Source: Balanoglossus misakiensis (taxonomy: Eukaryota > Animalia > Hemichordata). Taken from it: a stretch of DNA of 64,000 bases. Numbering within the stretch: position 1 is the first letter of the stretch; every line of letters begins with the position of its first letter. The stretch is taken from contig CM082594.2 in the NCBI GenBank assembly GCA_040954595.2, forward strand, positions 456,208 through 520,207, in the 5' to 3' direction. Of the stretch, positions 26,501-39,873 are shown piece by piece. The translations under genes and the position numbers were made by a program. The notes beneath the pieces are model-generated. The model was not told where the DNA came from and did not search any database. It worked only from the letters and a program-made list of their open reading frames with translations.

Positions 26501-29500
26501 TCTAGAGTGCCAGGGCTTTAGCCAAGCCATGCCGTAGGAAATCTGACTTGATCAACGTTGCTAACGAACGCTAATGTCTGTCATAGTGTGCCGGGGTTTT
26601 AGTCGAGCCAAGCCGTAGGAGATCAGACTTGATCAACGTGGTCTCTGTACGCGTGTTTCTGCTCTAGAGTGCCGGGGCTTTATCCAAGCCATGCCGTAGA
26701 AAATCTGACTTGATCACCGTTGCTAACGGACGCTAGTGTCTGTCATATTGTGACGGAGATTTAGCCGAGCCAGGCCGTAGAAAAATCGACTTGTTCAACG
26801 TTACCAGTGTGCAACTGTTTCTGCTCTAGAGTGTCAGGGTTTTAGCCGACTTATGCTGTAGGAAATCTGAGTTGATGAACGGGAATTCAATGTTAGAAAT
26901 CCGTGTGGAAAGTATCTCTACCCGTTTGGAACTAAGAAAAGAATGTATTCTTATTTATTTTGTAAAAAAACAATATTTCGAAAAAAAGTCGAAAATGGTA
27001 ATTTTGTCTTGGGTGATTCAAATTATACCGCCTTTTCTGGAATTTGCAGCACTTTTTACAAGAGAACGACACTTCATGCTCTATAATATTTCCGAAAATG
27101 AAGAAAAGAGTTAATTTTTTATGATTTTTTAAAAATTTACCATTTTTGTCAAAATATGGCCAAAATGGCTATTTTTTCTTGAATTCCGTCAATATCTCAG
27201 CATTTTTGGAGTGGTCGAAAGTTTTAACATACAATCAACATGTCATATATGATCAGGCACTAAATTCGAAGAACAAAGGTTTTTTATTTTTTTTTCTAAA
27301 AATGACATTTTCAAGGAAAATTTGGTAAAACGCAATTTTGTCTGCAGTGAGCCAAATTAGACGGTCTTTTGTGGAATTTGTATCGATATATACATACGAA
27401 GAGCATTCTATACTCCATCAGATTTCCGAAAATGTAGAAAACAGGTATTTTTTGTAATTTTCAAAAATTTAACATTTTGACCGAATTGTGGCTAAAATTG
27501 TTATTTTCGTGTTGAATGCCGCCAGTGTCATTGCTTTTAAAAGTCATAAAAAATTTTAACATACAAGCAATTGTTTATATATGATAAGGTCACCGAATTA
27601 AAAAAATAAAGAATGTTTTGACTAAAAATGACCTTTTTGGTGCAAAAACGAATAAAACGCAATTTTGTATTAAATCAGCTCATTCAGAGTGCATTTTTAT
27701 AATCAGCACCATTTTTACATATAATGGAAATTTCATACATCATCAGATATCCAAATATGAAAAGATGATTTACATTTTAGATGATTGTCAAAAATTAGCT
27801 GATATCTGATAAATGTAGTATTGAACCGTTCTGTTCCCCCCCCCCCCCCCTACATTATATGCGGTACGCTGATGTCAGCTTACCCGGCAGTACTGCAGGC
27901 CGTGCCCCCAACTAACGTCGGTGTTTGAAACGCCCTGGTTAAATTCGGGCTTTCTCTATAAATTGACAGGCAATAATGCAGTCCTACCGGAACAAATGTC
28001 GAGTGTTGACCCGCTGTGACTTTCCCTGTTCGGTTTGCCCGACTTAGCCAACGTCTTTGTACTAGAGTGTCGGGTCTTTTGCAGAGCCAGGCCGAAGGAA
28101 ATCCGACTTGATCACCGTTGCTAACGAACGCTAGTGTCTGTCATGGTGTGCCGGGGTTTTAGTCGAGCCAGGCCGTAGGAGATCTGACTTGATCATCGTG
28201 GTCAATGTACGCGTGTTTCCGCTCTAAAGGGCCGGGGCTTCAGCTAAACCAGGCCGTAGGAAATCCGACGTAATCACCGTTGATAACTTACGCCAGTCTG
28301 TGTCATATAGAGCCGATGCACCAGCCGAGTCACGCCGTAGGAAATCTTACTTGATCAACGTGGTCAATGTACGCCTGTTTCTGCTCTAGAGTGCCGGGGC
28401 TTCAGCTGAGCCAGGCCGTGGGAAACCCGACGTGATTACCGTTGTTAACTTACGCCAGTTTGTGTCCTATATATAGTGCCGGGGCATCAGCCGTGCCAGG
28501 CCGAAGGAAATGTGAGTAGATCAACGTGGTCTCTGTACGCGTGTTTCTGCTCTAGAGTGCCAGGGCTTTAGCCAAGCCATGCCGTAGGAAATCTGACTTG
28601 ATCAACGTTGCTAACGAACGCTAATGTCTGTCATAGTGTGCCGGGGTTTTAGTCGAGCCAAGCCGTAGGAGATCAGACTTGATCAACGTGGTCTCTGTAC
28701 GCGTGTTTCTGCTCTAGAGTGCCGGGGCTTTATCCAAGCCATGCCGTAGAAAATCTGACTTGATCACCGGTGCTAACGTACGCTAGTGTCTGTCATATTG
28801 TGACGGAGATGTAGCCGAGCCAGGCCGTAGAAAAATCGACTTGTTCAACGTTACCAGTGTGCAACTGTTTCTGCTCTAGAGTGTCAGGGTTTTAGCCGAC
28901 TTATGCTGTAGGAAATCTGAGTTGATGAACAGGAATTCAATGTTAGAAAACCCGTGTGGAAAGTATCTCTACCCGTTTGAAACTAAGAAAAGAATTTATT
29001 CTTATTTATTTTGTAAAAAAGACAATTTTTCGAAAAAAAGTCGAAAAATTGCAATTTTGTCTTGGGTGATTCAAATTATACCGCCTTTTTTGGAATTTGC
29101 AGCACTTTTCACAAGAGAACGACACTTCATGCTCCATAATATTTCCGAAAATGAAGAAAAGAGTTAATTTTTTATGATTTTTCAAAAATTTACCATTTTT
29201 GTCAAAATATGGCCAAAATGGCTCTTTTTCTTGAATTCCGTCAATATCTCTGCATTTTTGGAGTGGTCGAGAGTTTTAACATACAATCAACATGTCATAT
29301 ATGATCAGGGCACCAAATTCGAAGAACAAAGGTTTTTTTATTTTTTTTTCTAAAAATGACATTTTCAAGGAAAATTTGGTAAAACGCAATTTTGTCTGCA
29401 GTGAGCCAAATTAGACGGTCTTTTGTGGAATTTGTATCGATATATACATACGAAGAGCATTCTATACTCCATCAGATTTCCGAAAATGTAGAAAACAGGT

Positions 29501-32500
29501 ATTTTTTGTAATTTTCAAAAAATTACCATTTTGACCAAATTGTGGCTAAAATTGTTATTTTCGTGTTGAATGCCGCCAGTGTCACTGCTTTTAAAAGTCA
29601 TAAAAACTTTTAACATACAAGCAATTGTTTATATATGATCAGGTCACAGAATTAAAAATATAAAGAATGTTTTGCCTAAAAATGACCTTTTTGGTGCAAA
29701 AACGAATAAAACGCAATCTTGTATTAAATCAGTTCATTCAGAGTGCATGTTTTATAATAAGCACCATTTTTACATATAATGGAAATTTCATACATCATCA
29801 GATATCCAAATATGAAAAAATGATTTAGATTTTAGATGATTGTCCAAAATTAGCTGATATCTAATAAATGTAGTATTGAACCGTTCTGTCCCCCCCCCCC
29901 CTTACATTATATGCGGTACGCCGATGTCAGCTTACCCGGCAGTACTGTAGGCCGTGCCCCCAACAAACGTCGGTGTTTGAAACGCCCTGGTTAAATTCGG
30001 GCTCTCTCTATAAATCGACAGGCAATAATGCAGTCCTACCGGAACAAATGTCGAGTGTTGACCCGCTGCGACTTTCCCTCTTCGGTTTGCCCAACTTAGC
30101 CAACGTCTTTGTACTAGAGTGTCGGGTCTTTTGCAGAGCCAGGCCGAAGGAAATCCGACTTGATCACCGTTGCTAACGAACGCTAGTGTCTGTCATGGTG
30201 TGCCGGGGTTTTAGTCGAGCCAGGCCGTAGGAGATCTGACTTGATCATCGTGGTCAATGTACGCGTGTTTCCGCTCTAAAGTGCCGGGGCTTCAGCTAAA
30301 CCAGGCCGTAGGAAATCCGACGTAATCACCATTGATAACTTACGCCAGTCTGTGTCATATAGAGCCGGTGCACCAGCCGAGTCACGCCGTAGGAAATCTG
30401 ACTTGATCAACGTGGTCAATGTACGCCTGTTTCTGCTCTAGAGTGCCGGGGCTTCAGCTGAGCCAGGCCGTAGGAAACCCGACGTGATTACCGTTGTTAA
30501 CTCACGCCAGTTTGTGTCCTATATATAGTGCCGGGGCATCAGCCTTGCCAGGCCGAAGGAAATGTGAGTAGATCAACGCGGTCTCTGTACGCGTGTTTCT
30601 GCTCTAGAGTGCCAGGGCTTTAGCCAAGCCATGCCGTAGGAAATCTGACTTGATCAACGTTGCTAACGAACGCTAGTGTCTGTCATAGTGTGCCGGGGTT
30701 TTAGTCGAGCCAAGCCGTAGGAGATCAGACTTGATCAACGTGGTCTCTGTACGCGTGTTTCTGCTCTAGAGTGCCGGGGCTTTATCCAATCCATGCCGTA
30801 GAAAATCTGACTTGATCACCGTTGCTAACGTACGCTAGTGTCTGTCATATTGTGACGGAGATTTAGCCGAGCCAGGCCGTAGAAAAATCGACTTGTTCAA
30901 CGTTACCAGTGTGCAACTGTTTCTGCTCTAGAGTGTCAGGGTTTTAGCCGACTTATGCTGTAGGAAATCTGAGTTGATGAACGGGAATTCAATGTTAGAA
31001 AACCCGTGTGGAAAGTATCTCTACCCGTTTGAAACTAAGAAAAGAATTTATTCTTATTTATTTTGTAAAAAAGACAATTTTTCGAAAAAAAGTCGAAAAA
31101 TTGCAATTTTGTCTTGGGTGATTCAAATTATACCGCCTTTTCTGGAATTTGCAGCACTTTTTACAAGAGAACGACACTTCATGCTCCATAATATTTCCGA
31201 AAATGAAGAAAAGAGTTAATTTTTTATGATTTTTCAAAAATTTACCATTTTTGTCAAAATATGGCCAAAATGGCTATTTTTCTTGAATTCAGTCAATATC
31301 TCTGCATTTTTGGAGTGGTCGAGAGTTTTAACATACAATCAACATGTCATATATGATCAGGGCACCAAATTCGAAGAACAAAGGTTTTTTTATTTTTTTT
31401 TCTAAAAATGACATTTTCAAGGAAAATTTGGTAAAACGCAATTTTGTCTGCAGTGAGCCAAATTAGACGGTCTTTTGTGGAATTTGTATCGATATATACA
31501 TACGAAGAGCATTCTATACTCCATCAGATTTCCGAAAATGTAGAAAACAGGTATTTTTTGTAATTTTCAAAAATTTACCATTTTGACCAAATTGTGGCTA
31601 AAATTGTTATTTTCGTGATGAATGCCGCCAGTGTCACTGCTTTTAAAAGTCATAAAAACTTTTAACATACAAGCAATTGTTTATATATGATCAGGTCACC
31701 GAATTAAAAATATAAAGAATGTTTTGCCTAAAAATGACCTTTTTGGTGCAAAAACGAATAAAACGCAATCTTGTATTAAATCAGTTCATTCAGAGTGCAT
31801 GTTTTATAATAAGCACCAATTTTACATATAATGGAAATTTCATACATCATCAGATATCCAAATATGAAAAAATGATTTAGATTTTAGATGATTGTCCAAA
31901 ATTAGCTGATATCTAATAAATGTAGTATTGAACCGTTCTGCCCCCCCCCCCCCCCCCCCACTTTACATTATATGCGGTACGCCGATGTCAGCTTACCCGG
32001 CAGTACTGTAGGCCGTGCCCCCAACAAACGTCGGTGTTTGAAACGCCCTGGTTAAATTCGGGCTCTCTCTATAAATCGACAGGCAATAATGCAGTCCTAC
32101 CGGAACAAATGTCAAGTGTTGAACCGCTGTGACTTTCCCTGTTCGGTTTGCCCGACTTAGCCAACGTCTTTGTACTAGAGTGTCGGGTCTTTTGCAGAGC
32201 CAGGCCGAAGGAAATCCGACTTGATCACCGTTGCTAACGAACGCTAGTGTCTGTCATGGTGTGCCGGGGTTTTAGTCGAGCCAGGCCGTAGGAGATCTGA
32301 CTTGATCATCGTGGTCAATGTACGCGTGTTTCCGCTCTAAAGTGCCGGGGCTTCAGCTAAACCAGGCCGTAGGAAATCCGACGTAATCACCGTTGATAAC
32401 TTACGCCAGTCTGTGTCATATAGAGCCGGTGCACCAGCCGAGTCACGCCGTAGGAAATCTGACTTGATCAACGTGTTCAATGTACGCCTGTTTCTGCTCT

Positions 32501-35500
32501 AGAGTGCCGGGGCTTCAGCTGAGCCAGGCCGTAAGAAAACCCGACGTGATTACCGTTGTTAACTTACGCCAGTCTGTGTCCTATATATAGTGCCGGGGCA
32601 TCAGCCGTGCCAGGCCGAAGGAAATGTGAGAAGATCAACGTGGTCTCTGTACGCGTGTTTCTGCTCTAGAGTGCCAGGGCTTTAGTTAAGCCATGCCGTA
32701 GGAAATCTGACTTGATCAAAGTTGCTAACGAACGCTAGTGTCTGTCATAGTGTGCCGGGGTTTTAGTCGAGCCAGGCCGTAGGAGATCAGACTTGATCAA
32801 CGTGGTCTCTGTACGCGTGTTTCTGCTCTAGAGTGCCGGGGCTTTATCCAAGCCATGCCGTAGAAAATCTGACTTGATCACCGTTGCTAACGTACGCTAG
32901 TGTCTCTCATATTGTGACGGAGATTTAGCCGAGCCAGGTCGTAGAAAAATCGACTTGTTCAACGTTACCAGTGTGCAACTGTTTCTGCTCTAGAGTGTCA
33001 GGGTTTTAGCCGACTTATGCTGTAGGAAATCTGAGTTGATGAACGGGAATTCAATGTTAGAAAACCCGTGTGGAAAGTATCTCTACCCGTTTGAAACTAA
33101 GAAAAGAATTAATTCTTATTTATTTTGTAAAAAAGACAATTTTTCGAAAAAAAGTCGAAAAATTGCAATTTTGTCTTGGGTGATTCAAATTATACCGCCT
33201 TTTCTGGAATTTGCAGCACTTTTTACAAGAGAACGACACTTCATGCTCCATAATATTTCCGAAAATGAAGAAAAGAGTTAATTTTTTATGATTTTTCAAA
33301 AATTTACCATTTTTGTCAAAATATGGCCAAAATGGCTATTTTTCTTGAATTCAGTCAATATCTCTGCATTTTTGGAGTGGTCGAGAGTTTTAACATACAA
33401 TCAACATGTCATATATGATCAGGGCACCAAATTCGAAGAACAAAGGTTTTTTTATTTTTTTTTCTAAAAATGACATTTTCAAGGAAAATTTGGTAAAACG
33501 CAATTTTGTCTGCAGTGAGCCAAATTAGACGGTCTTTTGTGGAATTTGTATCGATATATACATACGAAGAGCATTCTATACTCCATCAGATTTCCGAAAA
33601 TGTAGAAAACAGGTATTTTTTGTAATTTTCAAAAATTTACCATTTTGACCAAATTGTGGCTAAAATTGTTATTTTCGTGATGAATGCCGCCAGTGTCACT
33701 GCTTTTAAAAGTCATAAAAACTTTTAACATACAAGCAATTGTTTATATATGATCAGGTCACCGAATTAAAAATATAAAGAATGTTTTGCCTAAAAATGAC
33801 CTTTTTGGTGCAAAAACGAATAAAACGCAATCTTGTATTAAATCAGTTCATTCAGAGTGCATGTTTTATAATAAGCACCAATTTTACATATAATGGAAAT
33901 TTCATACATCATCAGATATCCAAATATGAAAAAATGATTTAGATTTTAGATGATTGTCCAAAATTAGCTGATATCTAATAAATGTAGTATTGAACCGTTC
34001 TGCCCCCCCCCCCCCCCCTTTACATTATATGCGGTACGCCGATGTCAGCTTACCCGGCAGTACTCTAGGCCGTGCCCCCAACAAACGTCGGTGTTTGAAA
34101 CGCCCTGGTTAAATTCGGGCTCTCTCTATAAATCGACAGGCAATAATGCAGTCCTACCGGAACAAATGTCAAGTGTTGAACCGCTGTGACTTTCCCTGTT
34201 CGGTTTGCCCGACTTAGCCAACGTCTTTGTACTAGAGTGTCGGGTCTTTTGCAGAGCCAGGCCGAAGGAAATCCGACTTGATCACCGTTGCTAACGAACG
34301 CTAGTGTCTGTCATGGTGTGCCGGGGTTTTAGTCGAGCCAGGCCGTAGGAGATCTGACTTGATCATCGTGGTCAATGTACGCGTGTTTCCGCTCTAAAGT
34401 GCCGGGGCTTCAGCTAAACCAGGCCGTAGGAAATCCGACGTAATCACCGTTGATAACTTACGCCAGTCTGTGTCATATAGAGCCGGTGCACCAGCCGAGT
34501 CACGCCGTAGGAAATCTGACTTGATCAACGTGGTCAATGTACGCCTGTTTCTGCTCTAGAGTGCCGGGGCTTCAGCTGAGCCAGGCCGTAAGAAAACCCG
34601 ACGTGATTACCGTTGTTAACTTACGCCAGTCTGTGTCCTATATATAGTGCCGGGGCATCAGCCGTGCCAGGCCGAAGGAAATGTGAGAAGATCAACGTGG
34701 TCTCTGTACGCGTGTTTCTGCTCTAGAGTGCCAGGGCTTTAGTTAAGCCATGCCGTAGGAAATCTGACGTGATCAAAGTTGCTAACGAACGCTAGTGTCT
34801 GTCATAGTGTGCCGGGGTTTTAGTCGAGCCAGGCCGTAGGAGATCAGACTTGATCAACGTGGTCTCTGTACGCGTGTTTCTGCTCTAGAGTGCCGGGGCT
34901 TTATCCAAGCCATGCCGTAGAAAATCTGACTTGATCACCGTTGCTAACGTACGCTAGTGTCTGTCATATTGTGACGGAGATTTAGCCGAGCCAGGTCGTA
35001 GAAAAATCGACTTGTTCAACGTTACCAGTGTGCAACTGTTTCTGCTCTAGAGTGTCAGGGTTTTAGCCGACTTATGCTGTAGGAAATCTGAGTTGATGAA
35101 CGGGAATTCAATGTTAGAAAACCCGTGTGGAAAGTATCTCTACCCGTTTGAAACTAAGAAAAGAATTTATTCTTATTTATTTTGTAAAAAAAGACAATTT
35201 TTCGAAAAAAAGTTGAAAATGGTAATTTTGTCTTGGGTGATTCAAATTATACCGCCTTTTCTGGAATTTGCAGCACTTTTTGCAAGAGAACGACACTTCA
35301 TGCTCCATAATATTTCCGAAAATGAAGAAAAGAGTTAATTTTTTATGATTTTTCAAAAATTTACCATTTTTGTCAAAATATGGCCAAAATGGCTATTTTT
35401 CTTGAATTCCGTCAATATCTCTGCATTTTTGGAGTGGTCGAGAGTTTTAACATACAATCAACATGTCATATATGATCAGGGCACCAAATTCGAAGAACAA

Positions 35501-38500
35501 AGGTTTTTTTATTTTTTTTTCTAAAAATGACATTTTCAAGGAAAATTTGGTAAAACGCAATTTTGTCTGCAGTGAGCCAAATTAGACGGTCTTTTGTGGA
35601 ATTTGTATCGATATATACATACGAAGAGCATTCTATACTCCATCAGATTTCCGAAAATGTAGAAAACAGGTATTTTTTGTAATTTTCAAAAATTTACCAT
35701 TTTGACCAAATTGTGGCTAAAATTGTTATTTTCGTGATGAATGCCGCCAGTGTCACTGCTTTTAAAAGTCATAAAAACTTTTAACATACAAGCAATTGTT
35801 TATATATGATCAGGTCACCGAATTAAAAATATAAAGAATGTTTTGCCTAAAAATGACCTTTTTGGTGCAAAAACGAATAAAACGCAATCTTGTATTAAAT
35901 CAGTTCATTCAGAGTGCATGTTTTATAATAAGCACCATTTTTACATATAATGGAAATTTCATACATCATCAGATATCCAAATATGAAAAAATGATTTAGA
36001 TTTTAGATGATTGTCCAAAATTAGCTGATATCTAATAAATGTAGTATTGAACCGTTCTGTCCCCCCCCCCCTACATTATATGCGGTACGCCGATGTCAGC
36101 TTACCCGGCAGTACTGCAGGCCGTGCCCCCAAATAACGTCGGTGTTTGAAACGCCCTGGTTAAATTCGGGCTTTCTCTATAAATTGACAGGCAATAATGC
36201 AGTCCTACCCGAACAAATGTCGAGTGTTGACCCGCTGTGACTTTCCCTCTTCGGTTTGCCCGACTTAGCCAACGTCTCTGTACTAATGTGTCGGGTCTTT
36301 TGCAGAGCCAGGCCGAAGGAAATCCGACTTGATCACCGTTGCTAACGAACGCTAGTGTCTGTCATGGTGTGCCGGGGTTTTAGTCGAGCCAGGCCGTAGG
36401 AGATCTGACTTGATCATCGTGGTCAATGTACGCGTGTTTCCGCTCTGAAGTGCCGGGGCTTCAGCTAAACCATGCCGTAGGAAATCCGACGTAATCACCG
36501 TTGATAACTTACGCCAGTCTGTGTCATATAGAGCCGGCGCACCAGCCGAGTCACGCCGTAGGAAATCTGACTTGATCAACGTGGTCACTGTACGCCTCTT
36601 TCTGCTCTAGAGTGCCGGGGCTTCATCTGAGCCCGGCCGTAGGAAACCCGACGTGATTACCGTTGTTAACTTACGCCAGTCTGTGTCCTATATATAGTGC
36701 CGGGGCATCAGCCGTGCCAGGCCGAAGGAAATGTGAGTAGATCAACGTGGTCTCTGTACGCGTGTTTCTGCTCTAGAGTGCCGGGGCTTTATCCAACCCA
36801 TGCCGTAGAAAATCTGACTTGATCACCGTTGCTAACGTACGCTAGTGTCTGTCATATTGTGACGGAGATTTAGCCGAGCCAGGCCGTAGAAAAATCGACT
36901 TGTTCAACGTTACCAGTGTGCAACTGTTTCTGCTCTAGAGTGTCAGGGTTTTAGCCGACTTATGCTGTAGGAAATCTGAGTTGATGAACGAGAATTCAAT
37001 GTTAGAAAACCCGTGTGGAAAGTATCTCTACCCGTTTGAAACTAAGAAAAGAATTTATTCTTATTTATTTTGTAAAAATCACAATTTTTCGAAAAAAAGT
37101 CGAAAATGGTAATTTTGTCATGGGTGATTCAAATTATACCGCCTTTTCTGGAATTTGCAGCACTTTTTACAAGAGAACGACACTTCATGCTCCATAATAT
37201 TTCCGAAAATGAAGAAAAGAGTTAATTTTTTATGATTTTTTAAAAATTTACCATTTTTGTCAAAATATGGCCAAAATGGCTATTTTTTCTTGAATTCCGT
37301 CAATATCTCTGCATTTTTGGAGTGGTCGAAAGTTTTAACATACAATCAACATGTCATATATGATCAGGGCACCAAATTCGAAGAACGAAGGTTTTTTTTA
37401 TTTTTTTTTCTAAAAATGACATTTTCAAGGAAAATTTGGTAAAACGCAATTTTGTCTGCAGTGAGCCAAATTGGCCGTTTTTTTGTGGAATTTGTATCGA
37501 TATATGTATACGAAGAGCATTCTGTACTCCATCAGATTTCCGAAAATGTAGAAAACAGGTATTTTTTGTAATTTTCAAAAATTTACCATTTTGACCAAAT
37601 TGTGGCTAAAATTGTTATTTTCGTGATGAATGCCGCCAGTGTCACTGCTTTTAAAAGTCATTAAAACTTTTAACATACAAGCAATTGTTTATATATGATC
37701 AGGTCACCGAATTTAAAGAATAAAGAATGTTTTCCCTAAAAATGACCTTTTTGGTGCAAAAACGAATAAAACGCAATTTTGTATTAAATCAGCTCATTCA
37801 GAGTGCATTTTTTAAAATCATCACCATTTTTACATATAATGGAAATTTCATACATCATCAGATATCCAAATATGAAAAAATGATTTAGATTTTAGATGAT
37901 TGTCCAAAAGTAGCTGATATCTAATAAATATAGTATTGAACCGTTCTGTTCCCCCCCCCCCCTACATTAAATGCGGTACGCCGATGTCAGCTTACCCGTC
38001 AGTACTGCAGGCCGTGCCCACAACTAACGTCGGTGTTTGAAACGCCCTGGTTAAATTCGGGCTTTCTCTATAAATTGACAGGCAATAATGCAGTCCTACC
38101 CGAACAAATGTCGAGTGTTGACCCGCTGTGACTTTCCCTCTTCGGTTTGCCCGACTTAGCCAACGTCTTTGTACTAGAGTGTCGGGTGTTTTGCAGAGCC
38201 AGGCCGAAGGAAATCCGACTTGATCACCGTTGCTAACGAACGCTAGTGTCTGTCATGGTGTGCCGGGGTTTTAGTCGAGCCAGGCCGTAGGAGATCTGAC
38301 TGGATCATCGTGGTCAATGTACGCGTGTTTCCGCTCTAAAGTGCCGGGGCTTCAGCTAAACCAGGCCGTAGGAAATCCGACGTAATCACCGTTGATAACT
38401 TACGCCAGTCTGTGTCATATAGAGCCGGTGCACCAGCCGAGTCACGCCGTAGGAATCTAATTTGATCAACGTGGTCAATGTACGCCTGTTTCTGCTCTAG

Positions 38501-39815
38501 AGTGCCGGGGCTTCAGCTGAGCTAGGCCGTAGGAAACCCGACGTGATTACCGTTGTTAACTTACGCCAGTCTGTGTCCTATATATAGTGCGGGGCATCAG
38601 CCGTGCCAGGCCTAAGGAAATGTGAGTAGATCAATGTGGTCTCTGTACGCGTGTTTCTGCTCTAGAATGCCAGGGCTTTAGCCAAGCCATGCCGTAGGAA
38701 ATCTGAATTGATCAACGTTGCTAACGAACGCTAGTGTCTGTCATAGTGTGCCGGGGTTTTAGTCGAGCCAAGCCGTAGGAGATCTGACTTGATCATCGTG
38801 GTCAATGTACGCCTGTTTCTGCTCTAGAGAGCCAGGGCTTCAGCTGAGCCAGGCCGTAGGAAACCCGACGTGATTACCGTTGTTAACTTACGCCAGTTTG
38901 TGTCCTATATATAGTGCCGGGGCACCAGCGGAGTCACGCCGTAGGAAATGTGAGTAGATCAACGTGGTCTCTGTACGCGTGTTTCTGCTCTAGAGTGCCA
39001 GGGCTTTAGCCAAGCCATGCCGTAGAAAATCTGACTTGATCACCGTTGCTAACGAACGCTAGTGTCTGTCATAGTGTGCCGGGGTTTTAGTCGAACCAAG
39101 CCGTAGGAGATCAGACTTGATCAACGTGGTCTCTGTACGCGTGTTTCTGCTCTGGAGTGCCGGGGCTTTATCCAAGCCATGCCGTAGAAAATCTGACTTG
39201 ATCACCGTTGCTAACCTACGCTAGTGTCTGTCATATTGTGACGGAGATTTAGCCGAGCCAGGCCGTAGAAAAATCGACTTGTTCAACGTTACCAGTGTGC
39301 AACTGTTTCTGTTCTAGAGTGTCAGGGTTTTAGCCGACTTGTAGGAAATCTGAGTTGATGAACGGGAATTCAATGTTAGAAATCCGTGTGGAAAGTATCT
39401 CTACCCGTTTGGAACTAAGAAAAGAATTTATTCTTATTTATTTTGTAAAAAAAACAATATTTCGAAAAAAAGTCGAAAATGGTAATTTTGTCTTGGGTGA
39501 TTCAAATTATACCGCCTTTTCTGGAATTTGCAGCACTTTTTACAAGAGAACGACACTTCATGCTCTATAATATTTCCGAAAATGAAGAAAAGAGTTAATT
39601 TTTTATGATTTTTTAAAAATTTACCATTTTTGTCAAAATATGGCCAAAATGGCTATTTTTTCTTGAATTCCGTCAATATCTCAGCATTTTTGGAGTGGTC
39701 GAAAGTTTTAACATACAATCAACATGTCATATATGATCAGGCACTAAATTCGAAGAACAAAGGTTTTTTATTTTTTTCTTCTAAAAATGACATTTTCACG
39801 GAAAATTTGGTAAAA

Positions 39816-39873
39816 ATTATTGCCTGTCAATTTATAGAGAAAGCCCGAATTTAACCAGGCCCTGGCACTCTAG
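39816..39873 (-). other. Complex inversion junction with templated fragments
   Basis: The forward arm stops at ...TTTGGTAAAA (39815). It is followed by 44 bp of minus-strand spacer (ATTATTGCC...TTAACCAGG, 39816-39859), a 15-bp minus-strand monomer piece GCCCTGGCACTCTAG (39859-39873), and then continuous minus-strand array. Confidence 0.92.

Larger units (their letters stand above)
1..39815 (+). repeat. Composite macrosatellite tandem array, forward arm (~2.05 kb unit, 19 spacer-bearing copies; continues beyond the window start)
   Basis: The marker GAACCGTTCTG recurs at 545, 2592, 4973, 7190, 9236, 11121, 13167, 15212, 17262, 19310, 21692, 23738, 25776, 27823, 29878, 31930, 33992, 36049 and 37938. 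Units are near-identical apart from scattered SNPs and whole sub-repeat indels. Confidence 0.98.
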
